Shown here: piece by piece, positions 26,875 to 39,739 of the stretch
Numbering within the stretch: position 1 is the first letter of the stretch
How the letters are laid out: every line of letters starts with the position of its first letter
Program-made: the position numbers and the translations under genes
NCBI GenBank assembly: GCA_950097015.1
Contig: CATNEN010000025.1
Location: forward strand, 2,976,001 to 3,040,000
Source of the DNA: Macrostomum hystrix
Lineage: Eukaryota > Animalia > Platyhelminthes
Length of the DNA stretch: 64,000 nucleotides
Direction: 5' to 3'
Notes under the pieces: model-generated
The model's input: only the letters and a program-made list of their open reading frames with translations
The model's database searches: none
What the model was told of the DNA's origin: nothing

Positions 26875-28075
26875 GAATCCGGAATCCTAATCTTACTAGC
26901 AAGATAGAAACCGGAATCCTAATCTTACTAGCAAGATAGAAACCGGAAACCTAATAATCTTACTAACAGCACAGTAGCCGGAATCTTAATTAGACGGAGA
27001 GGATAGAAGCCGGAATCCTAATCTTACTAACAGCACAGTAGCCGGAATCTTAATTAGACGGAGAGGATAGAAGCCGGAATCCTAATCTTACTAACAGCAC
27101 AGTAGCCGGAATCTTAATTAGACGGAGAGGATAGAAGCCGGAATCCTAATCTTACTAACAGCACAGTAGCCGGAATCTTAATTAGACGGAGAGGATAGAA
27201 GCCGGAATCCTAATCTTACTAACAGCACAGTAGCCGGAATCTTAATTAGACGGAGAGGATAGAAGCCGGAATCCTAATCTTACTAACAGCACAGTAGCCG
27301 GAATCTTAATTAGACGGAGAGGATAGAAGCCGGAATCCTAATCTTACTAACAGCACAGTAGCCGGAATCTTAATTAGACGGAGAGGATAGAAGCCGGAAT
27401 CCTAATCTTACTAACAGCACAGTAGCCGGAATCTTAATTAGACGGAGAGGATAGAAGCCGGAATCTTAATTATACGGAGAGGATAGAAGCCGGAATCCCA
27501 ATCTTACTAACAGCACAGTAGCCGGAATCTTAATTAGACGGAGAGGATAGAAGCCGGAATCTTAATTATACGGAGAGGATAGAAGCCGGAATCCTAATCT
27601 TACTAACAGCACAGTAGCCGGAATCTTAATTAGACGGAGAGGATAGAAGCCGGAATCTTAATTATACGGAGAGGATAGAAGCCGGAATCCTAATCTTACT
27701 AACAGCACAGAAGCCGGAATCTTAATTAGACGGAGAGGATAGAAGCCGGAATCCTAATCTTACGGAGAGGATAGAAGCCGGAATCCTAATTATACGTAGA
27801 GGATAGAAGCCGGAATTCTAATTATACGGAGAGGATAGAAGCTGGAATCCTAATCTTACTAACAGGATAGAAGCCGGAAACCTAATCTTACAGAGAGGAT
27901 AGAAGCCGGAATCCTAATCTTACTAACAGGATAGAAGCCGGAAACCTAATCTTACAGAGAGGATAGAAGCCGGAATCCTAATCTTACTAACAGGATAGAA
28001 GCCGGAAACCTAATCTTACAGAGAGGATAGAAGCCGGAATTCTAATCTTACTAACAGGATAGAAGCCAGAAACCA
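26875..28075. repeat. 64-bp dimeric minisatellite (two related 32-mers, AGCCGGAATC core) upstream of Rh
   Basis: AGCCGGAATCCTAATCTTACTAACAGCACAGT alternates with AGCCGGAATCTTAATTAGACGGAGAGGATAGA. Confidence 0.93.
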
Positions 28076-28927
28076 TATTCTAAGGAGCGTATAGAAAATT
28101 TAAGAAGCGGAACACCGCTTCTTATTGAAAGGATATAATGAGGTAGTCCTTTCATAGTGAAATAAATAAGAGAAAGTCATAAACATTGCAAAATTCATTT
28201 GTATAGTGTTTAACTATTCAGCAAATGCTATTAAGCTTTGCTAATGAGTTGTTGTCTTCAGCCGAGTCGATTCGCTTGATGAGAAATTCGGAGTAAAAAA
28301 ACTGACCAAGCCTATTTTATAATTATTCTATTTTTTGGCTGCACTTTTTATTACCAAACAGAATAGCAACTATTTAAACGCGGACAATAGATAAATAAGC
28401 AAGAAGAACACGACTTGTGAATTGGTGCACACAATACCGGACTGTATGTACTTTCAAAGTTGAAATATAGATATATAAATAGTAGCTACAAAGCTAAATG
28501 TACGCTGCTGGCACACTGGGCAGTTATGGAAAAACACACAAGCAAACACATTCATAGTCATAAATATATAATTAGCTTAGTCGTAATTGGTAAAAGTAAA
28601 AAATAGAGCTGCGATTAAAGAACAGAAACTAGACAACAATTTTTACACTAAAGGTTGCCTCGCGGCTCCGCATCCACACCGAGTTAATTGTTAAATATGC
28701 GACCAAAAATGCGAATACAATTTATCAGTTGCAGAATAAAAACACAACAAACTAGCTACTAGGAGTAAGATGTATTGATACCTATTCAAATATTTTTGCA
28801 AGCTAATGATTGAAAAAAAATATTTTTTGTATCATTTAACAGACAATTAAGGGGGCAGTTGCGTTAAACATGATTCATTCAAACATTTGAATCGTTCAAA
28901 TCAAGTAGTCCAAATAAAAAAACGCCG

Positions 28928-31900
28928 TCAATTAACAGACAAAGCCGTTTTGAACTCGTCCGCGTTGTCCGGAAAGCGTTGACAATATTTGTCCAGAGTC
29001 ATGTATCGAGCAGTAACTAGAGTGCCTGGAGACAAAAGGGGGTGGAGCTGCTACGTGTTAGAGTTAACAGAGAGGTTTTTGAGTCATTAGATACGTGCTA
29101 GAGTTACCAGAGATTTTTTAAGTCATTAGATACGTGATAGAGTTAACCGAGAGCTTTTTGAGTCACTAGATACGTGCTAAAGTTACCGAAGAGTTTTTGA
29201 GTCATTAGATACGTGCTAGAGTTACCAGAGAGTTTTTTGAGTCATTAGATACGTTCTACAGTTATAACGGAGAGCTTTTTGAGTCATTAGATACGTGCTA
29301 CAGTTACCAGGGAGTTTTTTGAGTCATTAGATACGTGATAGAGTTAACCGAGAGCTTTTTGAGTCATTAGATACGTGCTAAAGTTACCGAAGAGTTTTTG
29401 AGTCATTAGATACGTGCTAGAGTTACCAGAGAGTTTTTTGAGTCATTAGATACGTGCTAGAGTTACCAGAGAGTTTTTTGAGTCATTAGATACGTGCTAA
29501 AGTTACCATAGTGTTTTTTGAGTCATTAGGTACGTGCTAGAGTTAACGGAGAGTTTTTTGAGTCATTAGATACGTGCTAAAGTTACCAGAGAGTTTTTGA
29601 GTCATTAGATACGTGCTAAAGTTACCGAAGAGTTTTTGAGTCATTAGATACGTGCTAGAGTTACCAGAGAGTTTTTTGAGTCATTAGATACGTGCTAGAG
29701 TTACCAGAGAGTTTTTTGAGTCATTAGATACGTGCTAGAGTTACCAGAGAGTTTTTTGAGTCATTAGATACGTGCTAGAGTTACCAGAGAGTTTTTTGAG
29801 TCATTAGATACGTGCTAAAGTTACCATAGTGTTTTTTGAGTCATTAGGTACGTGCTAGAGTTAACGGAGAGTTTTTTGAGTCATTAGATACGTGCTAAAG
29901 TTACCAGAGAGTTTTTGAGTCATTAGATACGTGCTAGAGTTACCAGGGAGTTTTTTGAGTCATTAGATACGTGCTAGAGTTACCAGGGAGTTTTTTGAGT
30001 CATTAGATACGTTCTACAGTTATAACGGAGAGCTTTTTGAGTCATTAGATACGTGCTACAGTTACCAGGGAGTTTTTTGAGTCATTAGATACGTGCTAGA
30101 GTTACCAGAGAGTTTTTTGAGTCATTTGGAGAATTTTTCGAGCCATAAAAAGTCACTCTAGGTGTTTGAGTCCTTGAATAAGTATTTTAACAGTCGATTA
30201 AGAAGTATTTGAAACCACTGATATAACGCCGCTTGTTAATGTTATCGGATAACGAAGTGAGCACACAAGAGTGACCTCAAATTGCCTGGCATATATGCAG
30301 ACACCAAAACGAGAACGATGAAAAGGCAAGTATAAAGAATGAATGCATACTAGTAAATTCCTTTTCTAAACACAAAGAAAGAAGGAAGATAACCATATGC
30401 ATAGGAATGCCCGGGTCAGGCAACATGCATGCGATCGGGGTTGCTCAAATACCCACCAACATTGAACCAACCGTAAAGGGCGGAAAATTCTGAGTCAGAT
30501 GGTGGACTTTCACGAAAATCGATTATTCGGTTTGATATACCCCGATGGTCTATCCCCAGTGAGGAAAATGGCGTGGTAGTTCTACTGTTAACCAACGAAC
30601 CCGCTTACTACTTCTCTGTCTATTCCCTTGACCCACAAACCATACAACTGAGAAGACAGTTACTTACCATCGAAAAAGTGAGCATGCACAGCATTCCTAG
30701 TGAGTCCAGCGGATTTCCTAGTCTTAAACAGGGCATAGACAAAGCCTTCTCCGCCCATAGCGACACAGTCGGCGTGTAGCAGAGATCCAGGCGGGGCTTT
30801 GCTGCGCAATTCGGTCACTAGGCGGTCCTTGTCACACTGGCCATTGTCCGGGCTCCACATGCCGCGCAATTTCAGGCACTGAGTAGGCGGCTCAATGTGA
30901 GGCATCGAGTGACCACTGTCGGCTAGTACGGAGCCCTGCCAGCCGCGAGCAGCTCTGGCGCCACCGCCGCTGCCTCCGACGCCACCAGCGGTGCCGCCGA
31001 CGTTGTTGGCGCCGAGACCGCGAGCGCGCAGAGCCTCGGCTTCGCCAGCGCGAAGGCGCCAGACCTCGCCGCCGCGGATGCTCTCTTCGACAAGGATTCG
31101 GCGCTCCCTGGCCGCAATGCGCGCGCGCAACTGGTCCCAGTTGACTAGGCCGGAGTCGAATACGCCGGAGCGTTGCAATTCGGCCCGCACTTCGTCTAGG
31201 GGAACGCCGGCCTCCGTGTTCAATAGGTGCACCAGCACCTGGGGTAGAGGGTAGGGCTTCGTGTTAGAACGCCCTTGGCGACACACAAACCAACCAGATC
31301 CGCCCTTGGCGACACACAAACCTACCAGATCCAGCCCTGAAGACACGCAAACCTACTAAATCCGCCCCCGAAGACACGCAAACCTACTAAATCCGCCCCT
31401 GAAGACACGCAAACCTACTAAATCCGCCCCTGAAGACACGCAAACCCACTAAATCCACCCTAAAGACACCAACCTGCTCCGTGGCATCGACAAGGGCGGC
31501 CTCACGCCTGCGCCGCTGACGAGCCACGTAGACCGCCAGGCAGACTAGGCCAGCCAGGCAGGCTAAGCCCAAGGCGACGTAAGCCAGAGCGGCAGCGAGA
31601 CGAACAAGAGAGGCCAAGGCCGACCAGACGAGAAGGCGGAAGCGGCAGTAGACACTCCGGCGACCGTCTGCGGCAGCCAAATAAAAGCACTTCTCGACAC
31701 TAGCCGCCGGCGCAGCATTATCGGCGTCGCTCATTAACACCTGAATACCTAGCTGAGGCGCCCGAATTGCCAGCCTGATGACATTATCAACATCTTCCTT
31801 AGTCACCGTAAGGCCGTGCACACTCTGTGTGAGCAGTTTCTCAATGCTTCCACGCGGCAGGCGATAATCTCGGCCAGTAGAGAAGCATTCGGCGTCGCCT

Positions 31901-34900
31901 CTCATTCTAGCCAGCTGATCGTGCAGCGGCCTGGCCAGCTTGACGGCCTGCAATAGGCCTGACTGGCCCTGTATGCAATTGGCTACTTTGGCATCTGGGC
32001 CTGGTTGGATAAGATAATACGAGGGGGAGAGTTGGCTTTGAAATCTCAACAAAATCACTGACAATCCTGGAGCAACGAGAACAAGTTGAAACTAAACTCT
32101 CAACTTCTGAAACGTCGAGAGTTCGAAACGAGCCTAAAGAAAGATAATTGGCGTACATGAGCAAGAGTAAAGACACTTAACATTATGACTACCAAGCCAT
32201 TTTGCCGCCCGTTTTTATACCAGGGTTTACCCCTCTGTAAATATTATTTTGGCAGCGCTTGAATGCTAACAGAGTTGGGTGGTGACTGATTGGTTGACAG
32301 ACTAGGCGATGGTGTCCTGTGGTTGAGCTGCGCCTAATATTTTGGCTTAGCAGAGAAATTGGAGAAATTTGCTTTAGGGTTTCCTAAGTGGCTTATTTCC
32401 ACCTGTTGTCGCCCTTGAAGGTCCAGAAAATCCGTCTAGATAGAGGTAGGTGACCACCGATGTCGGAGATGATGCAGGTACATTTGGGTGACATGCTGAT
32501 CAATTATGAAGGCCTGGCAAGGCCGCACTGAGGCGCAGTGCACATTCGTGTATAGGGGTGTATGAAATACACTAGCGCTTATGGGAAAAATCTGACCTTC
32601 GGCCAGAAACATTGAATATCTCGACGGTCTGAAGAGCTGGCGACTTGATTCTTGTTTCAGAAGATGCGCAACAAAAAGTTGGCCCGTGTTCTTGAGTTTC
32701 GTGTGCTTGCGTTGCTCCGTTCGGGTGCAGGACAAAAAATTGTCGGGGGAGGGGGTAATTCCTTACACTTGGTAGTTCTACTGTTGATTCCCTTGTGCTT
32801 CAGTTCACCCTGTTGTGAAATGCTGTACCAGCATCAGCTGGGGTAGAAACTCAGGGATGTGTCGAACTAGGTGTCATTTTTTTACTTTTATTCAATCTCA
32901 ATACACTCTAACCGTTTTTTATTTCTTTAGAGTGAAATTTAAAATAAGTGACTTTAATTCAATAATTGTATAATTTTCGTGAGCTACGCTCCCAGGTTAA
33001 AAAAAAAGAAAAAAAACATTTCTACATTCCACAGGTGCATACTTACCAGATTTCATTTCCAACTGATCAGGCGAGCAGACAATTCTTTGCAACTCCTCCA
33101 TCTGCCTGGCCTTGGCCAAGCGGGACTGTTCGATGATAAATATGGCGCCAATGAACAGGCCCAGCACAATGGCTATGACCAGCATGAGATTCGGTATCAG
33201 AGCCGAATAATTGGTAAACGGGGCGCCTGTGCTAGGAAATGCGTCAGCTCGTCCGTTGCCAACGCGCGCCGTTGAAGTTGCCAGACGAGGCGGCTCCTCG
33301 CCATCCGACACGTCTAGACGATCGTCGCGTCGAAGCCGACCAACCGAGACATTGGTGGACAAGGCGGACGCGGCGGCATTGTCTGGAGCGTCAGACTCGG
33401 AGTCGTCCTGCAACAGCAGGCTAGTCGAAGTGTTTAAAGCGGCTGATTTTCTACCACGACTGCGTCGCTGAACTTGCACAGTCGGCGTAGCAGATCGACG
33501 ATTGGCTGAAGGGGCGGCTGCTGCCGGCTTCGGCGTCGGCAGGGCGCTAGTCCGCGGCACGGCCGGCGTATGTCGGCGACGTTGGCGCAGCGAAGTGGCG
33601 CCAGTAGGCCTGTCCTCGGACTGGCTGAGATCGGCCTCGTCGGAGCTGAAGGAGACGACGGGTGCCGGCGGTGGCGTGCGATGCTGCTGGATGGCTGAGG
33701 TGGCCGCTGCGGCGGCGGCAGCGGCAGCCGCAGGCCCAGGTGTACCGCTACTTTGACGAGTACTGGCGCGCGATGCGGCGACAGCTGGCGATCCTTTGGC
33801 CTGTTGGATTTGGGATCGTTAATAATAGCATTTGGAAGCAAATCGAACTCTTGAACTAAATAAACTATGATCCTAAACCTAAGTATATACCTACCTAGAT
33901 GTATTATGCCAGACAATTTAACTATGTTAGTATAGGAAAATACTAGTATAGTAGTTATAGCATAGTTATAGAACTGTTCACTTTTAAAACAAAAATATTA
34001 AGGCAAATCAGTTGGAATAGTTTTAACCAGAGAAGAAGTTTCTACGAGTAGTTAGAATGTCTCAAAGTTTTGTGAAAATTTGTCAAACTTCCAAATTTTT
34101 CTTTCCAAATTGCCAAAAAGGTTTAAGTTTTTTTCTATAACTTCCACTCATACATGCGCAACACCTGGCCGACCCGGCCGTAACGGCTGGGTGAAACGAG
34201 GGCCAAGCAAGGTAAGTCGCAAAAACCAATAGACCAAGCGCAAAAAAATCAAAGGGGGGACCAAGGGACAAAAGAGGAAGGCGTGAAGAAAAGGAAAAAG
34301 GGGAGAGAAAAAGAGAGCAAATGAGAGCAAACTAAGTCGTAAATAGAGCAATGAAATGAACTGAGTCACAAATGAGAACAAAAACTAAGTCGCACGGCTG
34401 GCTAAGATTTGGAAGGTTGCGCATGTATGCTTCCACTACTAACATAAATTTGTTTTGAAGAGCTTTTACAGACAAATTGACTTGTCTTTAGTGCAATATA
34501 TTAAAGCAAGACAAATAACTAAACATTTAAAGCTCTTAACAATGGTTAAACAAAAATAGCTTTTAAAAAGTTGCACATTGTATAAAAACAAATTTCTTGT
34601 TCTTTACACTTCTAGAAATATATAAAAGGTACAAAAAGGTTTCACAAGTTATTCACTTATTCATGAATGATAAAACATGTTTTAAATACAATTGCATTAA
34701 ATTAATTATCTTAATACATATAGAATGAAGCTTATCAAATCTAGCTTTTCAAGTTCAAGCTTGAAAACCTAGATTTTAAAAGTAAGTTTAAAACATGAGA
34801 CAATATGCAATAACAAAAAAGAATGCAAAAACCTTCACTAAACTAAACTAAGCTTTCTGTAACTAAAGTTACTTTAGTTAGGCCAAGTTAATGCAGCTAT

Positions 34901-35359
34901 GGGTTAGGCTGCTTTGGCAAGATCCATGCTTAGCCAAAAAGCATAGTGTAGCTTAGGAGCTAGTATATTTAGGATATTAGATATTGTAGCTTAGGTAACA
35001 TAATAAAATAATTAGGTTTTTAGCACTATTCAATAAACATAGATATGTGCCTAGTATGACTAAGTAAAGGGCTTAGAATGCATTATTGGTAGCTTAAAGA
35101 AATGGTACTAAATGGCAAGCTAGTTTCAATAACCTAAAATTTGATAGCTAGCTAACTAGCTAATAAAAACAAGCATTGCAATAACAAATCTTACTTGAGG
35201 AACAGCATTTGGTTTTTTAAACTCCGAGTCAAGTAGCTTCTGTAATCGATTTTGGTACCTCTGTCTTGTGGCACCGTCAATTAGTCCAACAGGGACATTT
35301 CTTTCTGTCAGCATCTCCCTCAACTGAACGTCTGTGAGCTGATTTGCCTTAAGAACCAT
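28928..35359 (-). CDS. LEMD3: MAN1/LEMD3-like inner nuclear membrane protein, 5 exons (35195-35359, 33047-33800, 31474-32000, 30668-31238, 28928-29025), about 704 aa
   Basis: N-terminal LEM domain (LTDVQLREMLTERNVPVGLIDGATRQRYQNRLQKL), low-complexity linker, two hydrophobic TM segments, and a C-terminal UHM/RRM-like domain (CLKLRGMW...GFVYALF...HFFDG|TLVTARYMTLDKYCQRFP) paralleling MAN1 WFDGKLVTVKYL...RFP. Phases are consistent across all four GT-AG introns. Confidence 0.92.
29055..30127. repeat. About 40-bp minisatellite in MAN1 intron 4 (GAGTCATTAGATACGTGCTAGAGTTACCAGAGAGTTTTTT)
   Basis: Direct inspection. Confidence 0.95.
31262..31472. repeat. 31-bp minisatellite filling MAN1 intron 3
   Basis: AAACCTACTAAATCCGCCCCTGAAGACACGC and diverged units. 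Confidence 0.9.
34149..34429. mobile_element. 281-bp MITE, hAT- or P-type, in MAN1 intron 1
   Basis: Perfect 14-bp TIRs CATACATGCGCAAC (34149-34162) and GTTGCGCATGTATG (34416-34429). Exact 8-bp TSD CTTCCACT (34141-34148, 34430-34437). Subterminal TAAGTCG repeats. Confidence 0.88.
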
Positions 35360-37039
35360 TTTGAAACAGATGTAATAACTTAAAAAATATCATAAAATTC
35401 TTTAGAAAAAAAATAAACAATGCAAAGAGCTAAATTAATGACTTCAGTAGTTTTAATAAAGTCGCTAATACAATTATTAGTTCGTAATAACGGCTACTCG
35501 TCACATTAATATGACAGATCTGATTAATAACTTAGCAATTTCTGTTATTTTAGACTAAATGTAACAAATTGGACTGATTCAACTAAAACAACGAATAAAA
35601 CATAGATTAGGCCTATCCGAAAGTCACTCTGCGCAACGTCTCAACGCGTTGTGGTTGCTTTTTTTAGTACTCAAAACGATGCGATGTTACGTTATGTGGT
35701 AAAACAAAGAAACAAAATTAACTATTTAAACTCACAACAATTAACTAAAAAATACTACTAAAGCCAAAGCTTACGACTTTTTCCATCCAAGGGTAAATTT
35801 TGGCTTTTTAAAATGCTCGTGTTTACGTCTGTCAATGAAGCATATGTATTAACAAATCGATTCGCAAATTTTCTTTTTTATCAAATATTATCAAGTTTAT
35901 TTTTACATCGTGACGTAAAAGGTAAACAACAAAGAGTTATTACTATTTTTTAAATAGAATTTTATTTTCTTAACTCTTAGCGATTCCACACTGCAGCATT
36001 TTCGCTTTTTGTTTGCTTAAGAATTAAGAACGCTGTATTTTAACTATTAGGCCTATATTCTTTCCTTGACATAATATATTTGAGTTGCAAATACTGCTGT
36101 ATTTTAGAGATTATGAAGGAAATTTTTTGCGATCTCTGTAAAATCGTCTGACAGGTAGGCTAATGATTTAGCAAAAAAACTATTTAGAAACCCCATTAGT
36201 ACCCGACAAAGCGACCTACTGCGCCGTCGGCAACTGGCATGCCGCCATCTGATCCGTACTGAGGAGTATGCCTCCAGCCTGCGCAGAAGGTGTTGCTGCT
36301 CCCGCTGCAGGCCTCCCTTCGGCGACGACTGGGCGCGAACTCGGTGCGACTGCCTAGCGACGCCGGCGTCCCGGACTCTACCGGAGGCTAGCCTATGTGT
36401 GCGCCCAGTCCTTGAAGCATGCCTTCTGACACCTAACTCTAACTATAATGGAGTATAATTACTATTTTTGTTTTTTAGGTCGAAATACATTGATTAGCAA
36501 GCATATATGCTGCATGCATTCAATTACAAGAAATGTAAAAAGAACGCAAATAATTTATTTTGACTAATAAGGACTATAATATAGCGAATTTGTAGCTTAT
36601 ATCTTTATTAAGTGAGCCAACTATTAATTCAGTCCGTTCAAGCAGCGCGACATATGGCAGATGGGCCAGATCTCAATAGGTGTCCCAAATATCTGCTTCC
36701 ACACAGACAACCATGTAAGCTTTCCGTGGGAAACTAAATTTGAATTCTATAAAACACAGAAGGCCGATTGTTCGAACTAAACCCGTGTTCCCGACAGAGA
36801 GCTGTTCATGAGCGAAATTTAATTTGTATTGCATTTTCCATGGAATAATTGCTTCCGTTTAATGTACTAGTTGTAGATTTCTGAAATTTTTTTAAAGAGA
36901 ATCAGTTTCTTACAGACCCATGCAGTTTGTACGAGAGTATTGGACATTGTCAAACGTTTCGTAAGTTCAAAAAGTATCGAGATTTTTCTGGTAATAAGCA
37001 AATTATACTTTGTTTCTATCGTGGTTTTATAACTTTTTA

Positions 37040-38030
37040 TATCAATAAATCTCGTCTATGCTATAGACCTTCTATGCTATGCTATAGACCTTCAATGCAA
37101 TGCTATAGACCTTCTATGCTATGCTATAGACCTTCTATGCTATGCTATATATACAAGGCAGGATTTAATTGTCCCAATCGATTTAATGAAACCTTCTATA
37201 GACATTCTCAAAACAAATGTTAGCCTCTATGGACATTCTCCCACCGGATGTTGGCCTTCTATGGACATTCTCCCACCGGATGTTGGCCTGTATGGACATT
37301 CTCCCACCGGATGTTAGCCTGTATGGACATTCTCCCACCGGATGTTAGCCTGTATGGACATTCTCCCACAGGATGTTAGCCTGTATGGACATTCTCCCAC
37401 CGGATGTTAGCCTGTATGGACATTCTCCCACCGGATGTTGGCCTGTATGGACATTCTCCCACCGGATGTTAGCCTGTATGGACATTCTCCCACCGGATGT
37501 TAGCCTCTATGGACATTCTCCCACAGGATTTTAGCCTCTATGGACATTCTCCCACAGGATGTTAGCCTCTATGGACGTTCTCCCACAGGATGTTGGCCTT
37601 CTATGGACATTCTACCACAGGATGTTAGCCTCTATGGACATTCTCCCACAGGATGTTAGCCTTCTATGGACATTCTCCCACCGGATGTTGGCCTTCTATG
37701 GACATTCTCCCACAGGATGTTAGCCTCTATGGACATTCTCCCACAGGATGTTAGCCTTCTATGGACATTCTCCCACCGGATGTTGGCCTTCTATGGACAT
37801 TCTCCCACAGGATGTTAGCCTCTATGGACATTCTCCCACAGGATGTTAGCCTCTATGGACATTCTCCCACAGGATTTTAGCCTGTATGGACATTCTACCA
37901 CAGGATGTTAGCCTCTATGGACATTCTCCCACAGGATTTTAGCCTGTATGGACATTCTACCACAGGATGTTAGCCTCTATGGACATTCTCCCACAGGATT
38001 TTAGCCTCTATGGACATTCTCTCACCGTAT
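37040..38030. repeat. Short CTATGCTATAGACCTT run (37040-37146) followed by a 31/32-bp minisatellite (GGACATTCTCCCACAGGATGTTAGCCTCTAT)
   Basis: Direct inspection. Confidence 0.93.
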
Positions 38031-38737
38031 ATTGGCTCTGTCATGCAGTGTCGGCATTTAAAACTTTGGCATTGTAGAAAAAATCGAATATGTGTCAATT
38101 GTGATTGCATAGTAAATTACTGTTGGTGTCTTACATTAAATTTTCAGTGCACTAAGCTAAGAGAGCACTAAGCTAAGTGTCGTCCGATTGTTCAATCTTA
38201 TTTCTCGAACAAAACATTATCGATTCTCTCTCTTTTTCTCTCTCTCTCTTTCCTGTTCTGCGTGGTTTCTTGTAGTTTCACAAAACTAAAGTACAGTAGA
38301 GAGTACTTCTCAGGCACAGCCCCTACACTGTGCGTGCGCGTGCGTGTGTGTGTGCTTTTGTCACGCTCAAAATACGTGCCCAGATCCCATATCCCTTACC
38401 CACAGTTTCTGGCCCTCCCAACAAAGTCAATTGCTCGCCATTCGGCCAGGCGATCAATAATCGACTAAACAGGGCGATTTTAATTCTTATATTTCTGCTG
38501 TGGTGTCTAAGCGAAAACCTTCCTCTCTTGGATTAGAAATAAATTCACCTTTGTCCAGTCTAGCTAATAAATTATTATTCGACAATCTTTACTAATTATG
38601 GCAGCTAGACAACTGGGTGACACCTGCAGTTACCAGCGCGACAGCAAATGTGCAAGTACTACTTGAAATACTCCAAAAGGTGTAAAAGAGACTGCTGCTG
38701 CAGAAACAACCTCCGTGGCCGTACAGGTTGCTGCAAA

Positions 38738-38759
38738 ATGAACAACGAACGACTCAAAG
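38738..38759 (+). CDS. Candidate upstream coding exon of MAP7-like gene (MNNERLK)
   Basis: AAAATG context and donor AAAG|gtgaga at 38760, phase 1, compatible with the phase-1 acceptors at 50272 and 58471. No homology support. Confidence 0.4.
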
Positions 38760-38798
38760 GTGAGAAAATGAGAAGAACATATCTTAAAGTACATTTTG

Positions 38799-39497
38799 CT
38801 GACTGACTGACTAACTGACTGACTGAATGACTGACTGACTGAATGACTGACTGACTGACTGACTGACTGACTGACTGACTGACTGACTGACTGACTGACT
38901 GACTGAGACTGACTGACTGAATGACTGACTGACTGAATGACTGACTGACTGACTGACTGACTGACTGACTGACTGACTGACTGACTAACTGACTGACTGA
39001 CTGACTGACTGACTGACTGACTGACTGACTGACTGACTGACTGACTGACTGACTGACTGACTGACTGACTGACTGACTGACTGACTGACTGACTGACTGA
39101 CTGACTGACTGACTGACTGACTGACTGACTGACTGACTGACTGACTGACTGACTGACTGACTGACTGACTGACTGACTGACTAACTGACTGACTGACTGA
39201 CTGACTGACTGACTGACTGTCTGACTGACTGACTGACTGACTGACTGACTGACTGACTGACTGTCTGACTGACTGACTGACTGACTGACTGACTGACTGA
39301 CTGACTGACTGACTGACTAACTGACTGACTGACTAACTGACTGACTGACTGACTGACTGACTGACTAACTGACTGACTGACTAACTGACTGACTGACTGA
39401 CTGACTGACTGACTGACTGACTGACTGACTGACTGACTGACTGACTGACTGACTGACTGACTGACTGACTGACTGACTGACTGACTGACTGACTGAT
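38799..39497. repeat. (GACT)n microsatellite, about 700 bp
   Basis: Near-perfect, with occasional AACT/GAAT/GTCT variants. Confidence 0.98.
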
Positions 39498-39739
39498 ATT
39501 ACCAATCATATCGCAGGATGCTAATATTTTCACCTAGTTTACCATATTTTTACTACTGTCGTTTCTACTTTAAGTAGTAGAGCCTTTTTAAAATATTCGT
39601 TTTGTAGCAAAGGTGTTTTTTGTTTATCTTTTCAATATTAAAAAAAGTAACACCCCATTCACAGAATAATTCCACGTTCACAGAAATCCACATTTACGAA
39701 AACCCTTATTCTCAGAAATACCTTTACTCATTATTTCAA

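Noticed and set aside
34164-34206. Hammerhead-like stem followed by GAAAC in the MITE
   Set aside because: The core reads CTGGCCG rather than CUGANGA, and no stem III or cleavage triplet is present.
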